From: an uncultured Armatimonadetes bacterium
GTDB taxonomy: Bacteria > Armatimonadota > Hebobacteria > Hebobacterales > Hebobacteraceae
Direction: 5' to 3'
Assembly: GCA_963716175.1 (NCBI GenBank)
Contig: OY970296.1
Location: forward strand, 1,952,001-2,016,000
DNA: 64,000 bases
A program made the translations under genes and the position numbers. Positions within the stretch are counted from its first letter, which is position 1. Each line of letters opens with the position of its first letter. The notes beneath the pieces are model-generated. The model did no database searches. It was not told where the DNA came from and was given only the letters and a program-made list of their open reading frames with translations. This document shows positions 60,148-64,000 of the stretch, one piece after another.

Positions 60148-62805
60148 ATGAGAACCAGTAGTGTCGTTGCTGCAGCAATCCTTGTTGGTCTGCTCGCCAC
60201 GTCTGCGCAGGCGGAGTGGGAATCGTTCGGGCCAGGCGGCGGTGGCTGGCTGTGGTCACTGACGGTCGCGCCCGATGCCGCCGGGACGATCTACGTGGGG
60301 TGCGACGTCGGGGGCGTATACCGTAGCTCCGACCACGGCAGCTCCTGGTCGATGGTCACCACGGGCCTCCAAAACTACTACGTGCAGGCCCTCGCGGTCG
60401 ACGCAGCGCGGCCGTCCACGGTCTACGCTGGCACTCGTGGCGGCGTCTACAAGAGCGTGGACGGCGGCGACCATTGGGCGATGAAGCGAAGTGGCTTCCC
60501 TCCGCTCGCGATCTGGGACACTACGGCGCCCGTCGCCTCGGTGGCGATCGACCCAACGGATAGCCGCCACCTCCTGGCTGGCATCGGCGACCCGCCGACC
60601 AGGCCGATGGGCTGCCGGCGCGGTGGCATCTATGTGTCGCACGACGCCGGCGAGACCTGGAGATCGGTCAGCTCCCCAGCGACATTCTCCCAGGCACAGG
60701 TCTACTCCATCGTCTTCTCTCCCCACAGCCCCAAGCTCGTTCTTGCGGCGACGTCCAGCGGCGTCTTCCGCAGCCGCGATGGTGGTTGGACGTGGGCGAA
60801 GTCCGGAAGAGGGATGCCGTCCCTCGCCGCGGTCGGGCTCTGTCCCGACGGCCGCCGACCTGGCGTGTTCTACGCCACTTTCCTCGATGATCGGACGCGT
60901 TCGGGCGGAGTCGCGAAGAGCGGCGACTTCGGCCTTACTTGGCGCGTCGTCCACTCCCGGACAGGCGAAGGCTACCAGTTTTGGCGTGTCCTCGCCGACC
61001 CCACGAAGCCAGACACCGCGTATGCGGCGGTCGCCACCGACCCAGGCATTCTCAGGACGAGTGATGGCGGCAAGAGCTGGCTGCGCGTCACCCGCGACGA
61101 TAACGTGCGTTCCGCCTGGTTCGGCCGCGGCTTCATCTGCACAGCCTTCGCGATCGATCCCAGAGACCCGCAGCGGCTCTACTATGCCAACGACATGGAC
61201 ATCTACGCTACCGACGACAGCGCTCACACGTGGCATCAGATCGCCACCGACCAAGTCAGACAGCCGGGTCCCGATGAGTGTGCCTCCTGGCGAGGCCGCG
61301 GATTCGAGACCACCTGCAGCTCCGCCATTGCGGTTGCTCCGGGGTACCCGAACCTGCTCTATCTCGGGTACTGGGACACTGGCCTTTGGGTGAGCTTCGA
61401 TGGTGGCCGGACGCTGAGCTGGAGCACGGACTGGATGAGCTATGGCAAGGCGGCGGCAGTGGCCGTTGACCCCAAGTGCCCCTGGCGAGCGTGGATGAGC
61501 TTCGGGCCGAACGAGGGCCCGCATCGCATCTGGCGCACGGACAACTACGGCAAGGACTGGAGGCTGGTCGGCTACGAAGACACCGGTCTCCCCTCCGGCG
61601 CGATCTTCTCACTCGCAGTTGACGGGTCCAGCCCATCCGAGAGCCGGATTCTCTACGCGCCGGTAGCCGGCAGGGGGGTCTACAGGTCTCAAGACGGGGG
61701 CGAGGCCTGGCAGCGAGTAGACGACGGGCTGGGCGGCAATCTGCAGTTCACTGCTTTGGTTCTGGACCCGCGAGACCCGGATGTGATGTACGCTGGGATT
61801 GCCACCGATGAGGGACGACAAGGGTCAGGCGTCTGGCGAAGCGAGGACGGCGGCCGACACTGGTCACTGATCGCCAGCATCCCCGAACGGCCTACCGTCG
61901 CGGTCGCTCCGTCCGATCCGAACGTCATCTACGTCGGCGAGCGGGACTACTCCAGCGTTGGGAAGGGCGGCCTCTACCGCAGTTCCAACCGCGGCGGGAC
62001 CTGGCAACTGATGGCTGAGAGGGTCCAGGCCGGCGTCGGGAACCTGGCGCGCACCTACATCAGAGACCTGGCCGTCGACCCACGCGACTCTAACATCGTC
62101 TACGTGACCTCCATAGACGAGAGCTACGATCTCAGCTGCGGCAAGGGCGTCTTCGTGTCCCGCGATGGCGGCCGCACCTGGCAGGCGATGAATGACGGAA
62201 TCACCAACCTGAACGTCGAGAACCTCGTGCTCGACCCGAACCAGCCTGACCGCATGTACGCGGGCACCGGCGGCAATGGATTCTTCCGTTGGGGGAACTG
62301 GGCCGAGGCCAAGCCATTGCCGGCCGTGCCGGAGTCGCCACTACCGCCCGATCCCAACTGCCTTGCTGCGAACGGATGGACCTGTACGGCCGACAGGCGG
62401 CATGAGATCACGGTCCGCGACGAGGCCTTCTGGTGGGGCCGCGGCTATGTGCTCGCCCGCCTGGACGCTTCGTCGCCCGGGGCCAGCGTTAGCAGGGAGT
62501 TCGCTGACCCGCTCGACCTCTCCCGAGCGAAGGTGGTTTCTTTGCGTCTGCGCGGGAAGCCGGCTGACGACGAGGCGCTGTGTCTCTCTCGGATCGTGCT
62601 CTACGATGTCCACGGCCATCAACTCATCTATGAGCCCGATGTGGAGCTTCACACCACGTGGGCTCTGGTTGAGCTTCCGCTTCGAGACTGGTCCGGCGCC
62701 GACTTCGACCGTTCGTCGGTCAGGCGGATCGAGTTCGTTTTCTGGGTCCCCTACCCCGGCGGAAAGCCCTATGAGTTCGCCGTAGGCGGAATCAGGGATC
62801 GGTAG
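60148..62805 (+). CDS. secreted BNR/Asp-box repeat (VPS10/GH74-like) protein with C-terminal CBM-like domain
   Basis: Many SxDxGxTW Asp-boxes; GPGGGG N-terminal motif. Confidence 0.9.
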   Translation: MRTSSVVAAAILVGLLATSAQAEWESFGPGGGGWLWSLTVAPDAAGTIYVGCDVGGVYRSSDHGSSWSMVTTGLQNYYVQALAVDAARPSTVYAGTRGGVYKSVDGGDHWAMKRSGFPPLAIWDTTAPVASVAIDPTDSRHLLAGIGDPPTRPMGCRRGGIYVSHDAGETWRSVSSPATFSQAQVYSIVFSPHSPKLVLAATSSGVFRSRDGGWTWAKSGRGMPSLAAVGLCPDGRRPGVFYATFLDDRTRSGGVAKSGDFGLTWRVVHSRTGEGYQFWRVLADPTKPDTAYAAVATDPGILRTSDGGKSWLRVTRDDNVRSAWFGRGFICTAFAIDPRDPQRLYYANDMDIYATDDSAHTWHQIATDQVRQPGPDECASWRGRGFETTCSSAIAVAPGYPNLLYLGYWDTGLWVSFDGGRTLSWSTDWMSYGKAAAVAVDPKCPWRAWMSFGPNEGPHRIWRTDNYGKDWRLVGYEDTGLPSGAIFSLAVDGSSPSESRILYAPVAGRGVYRSQDGGEAWQRVDDGLGGNLQFTALVLDPRDPDVMYAGIATDEGRQGSGVWRSEDGGRHWSLIASIPERPTVAVAPSDPNVIYVGERDYSSVGKGGLYRSSNRGGTWQLMAERVQAGVGNLARTYIRDLAVDPRDSNIVYVTSIDESYDLSCGKGVFVSRDGGRTWQAMNDGITNLNVENLVLDPNQPDRMYAGTGGNGFFRWGNWAEAKPLPAVPESPLPPDPNCLAANGWTCTADRRHEITVRDEAFWWGRGYVLARLDASSPGASVSREFADPLDLSRAKVVSLRLRGKPADDEALCLSRIVLYDVHGHQLIYEPDVELHTTWALVELPLRDWSGADFDRSSVRRIEFVFWVPYPGGKPYEFAVGGIRDR

Positions 62806-63023
62806 TTGTGCACCACAGACGCGCTATCTGGGCGTTCCGGGCGAATGCGAGCAGCTGGTGCCGCGGTCAGGCCGCTAAGTGTCAGCCGCCTCCTGATGTA
62901 GACCACCGCCGCCGAATCCGAATTCCTGCGCGCAGGGACCAGTGACCGCTCTTCCGGGCCTGATCCGGTGTTTCCTCAGGCCTACCGCAGGGCGTCCGGC
63001 CGCCCCGCCGAACCATCCTTGCC

Positions 63024-63091
63024 GACGGCCCCGGCCACTCCCGACTCCGGCTACCCCTTCGGCTGGGAGTCAGTGTCCAGGATGCGTCGCG
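63024..63091 (+). repeat. junction hairpin repeat copy 14
   Basis: GACGGCCCCGGCCACTCCCGACTCCGGCTACCCCTTCGGCTGGGAGTCAGTG. Confidence 0.9.
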
Positions 63092-63224
63092 GATGGCCTG
63101 CCGGCACGGAGCGCGCCCAACGGCTGAGGTTGGGTACTAGCGCTGGCGACGAGCGGGATGAGCCACCACCAGAGCAGAAGACTGTCTGCAGCGCCGCGGC
63201 CGGGCCAGGGACCCGGGCACGCAC

Positions 63225-63530
63225 GTGATAAGGACACCGGACTTGCAGGAGGTGACAATAGGACTTGCCACCCGCCGTAGGGACGAGATGGCCAGCAGGG
63301 AAGTGGAGTCCTACCTGAAGGAGGGTGGTGACCTGGTCTTCGTCCCCTTCGGACCGATCAGCGGCCACGGGGCGTTCATCCCGATGGGGATGCACGGCCA
63401 CTGGGCACACGCGTTCAGCCTGCTGCTGGCTGAGAAGGCGAATGGTCTCGTATTCCCGGTGACCTGGTGCTGCTACGCGGGCGCCACGCGCACCTTCGCC
63501 GGCACCGTGTCATTCCCGATCGCAGAGTAG
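63225..63530 (+). pseudogene. N-terminal fragment of a creatininase family protein
   Basis: VPFGPISGHGAFIPMG...FAGTVS; ends after ~100 aa. Confidence 0.7.
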
Positions 63531-63612
63531 CCCGATCTCCGCACTCACCTGACGAAGGTTCTTGAGAGGCACAAAGGTGTGCTCTGTCATGGTCTCCGGT
63601 GGGGCGGACGAG

Positions 63613-63621
63613 TGCTATAAT
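63613..63621 (+). promoter_or_regulatory. extended -10 promoter element
   Basis: TGCTATAAT 30 bp upstream of the ATG at 63651. Confidence 0.5.
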
Positions 63622-63650
63622 CCACCATCGCAGTGGATGAGGAGCGAGAG

Positions 63651-64000
63651 ATGAAGAGGCTATGGCCGATGCTGTTGGTGTTGTTGGGGACGGGGACGCT
63701 TCGGGCGGCGGGCGACCAGGCGTACCTGGGGGTGTTCGCGGAGACGCGAGTGCAGCAGATGGCGGGGATGCCCAAGATGCCAGCGTTGCCTCCGGGCATG
63801 GATTTGTCCAATCTACCGGGGGCGGGGGCGATGATGGGGATGGGGCGGCCGATGCGGAGTCTGGAAGTGCGGCTGTGGTCTCCGGGGATCGCGCCGGCGA
63901 ACGCGTCGGCATTCCTGGAAGTGCCGGAGGGGCTGGGACAGGGAAAGCGGCTGAACTTGGATCTGTACCGCCCGAAGCCGGGACAGGCGGAGCCGGAGGC
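63651..64000 (+). CDS. secreted hypothetical protein (runs off the window)
   Basis: GAGGAG RBS; MKRLWPMLLVLLG signal peptide; open to the window end. Confidence 0.7.
   Translation, partial: MKRLWPMLLVLLGTGTLRAAGDQAYLGVFAETRVQQMAGMPKMPALPPGMDLSNLPGAGAMMGMGRPMRSLEVRLWSPGIAPANASAFLEVPEGLGQGKRLNLDLYRPKPGQAEPE

Noticed and set aside
12149-63091. Repeat interpreted as a CRISPR array or canonical attC
   Set aside because: Spacing is 0.9-10 kb with whole genes between copies; no cas genes; no RYYYAAC/GTTRRRY boxes and no intI
12149-63091. Repeat interpreted as an intrinsic terminator
   Set aside because: No U-tract, and five copies lie between divergently transcribed genes

Overview
GC-rich accessory region with no housekeeping or rRNA genes. 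SLH-anchored proteins, a DUF6785-type membrane protein and many secreted beta-propeller or glycan-active proteins suggest Armatimonadota or a similar lineage (inference). Mobile DNA includes an IS3, an IS1111-type IS110, an IS481, an IS21 disrupted by an IS256, several IS remnants and a tyrosine-recombinase fragment. There is also a c-di-GMP-I riboswitch and several tRNA/tmRNA-3'-end-like att motifs. Main unexplained structure: 14 copies of a ~65-bp imperfect hairpin (core CCCCGACTCCGGCTACCCCCTCGGCTGGGAGTCACTG), all on the + strand between 12149 and 63091. They partition the region into units of mostly one cargo gene of either orientation and carry shuffled left and right flank modules, resembling an integron-like cassette array with no canonical attC and no integrase in view. 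Second signal: six ultra-short (19-48 bp) palindromic insertions, in three sequence types, that disrupt the IS3 transposase and the tyrosine-recombinase remnant.
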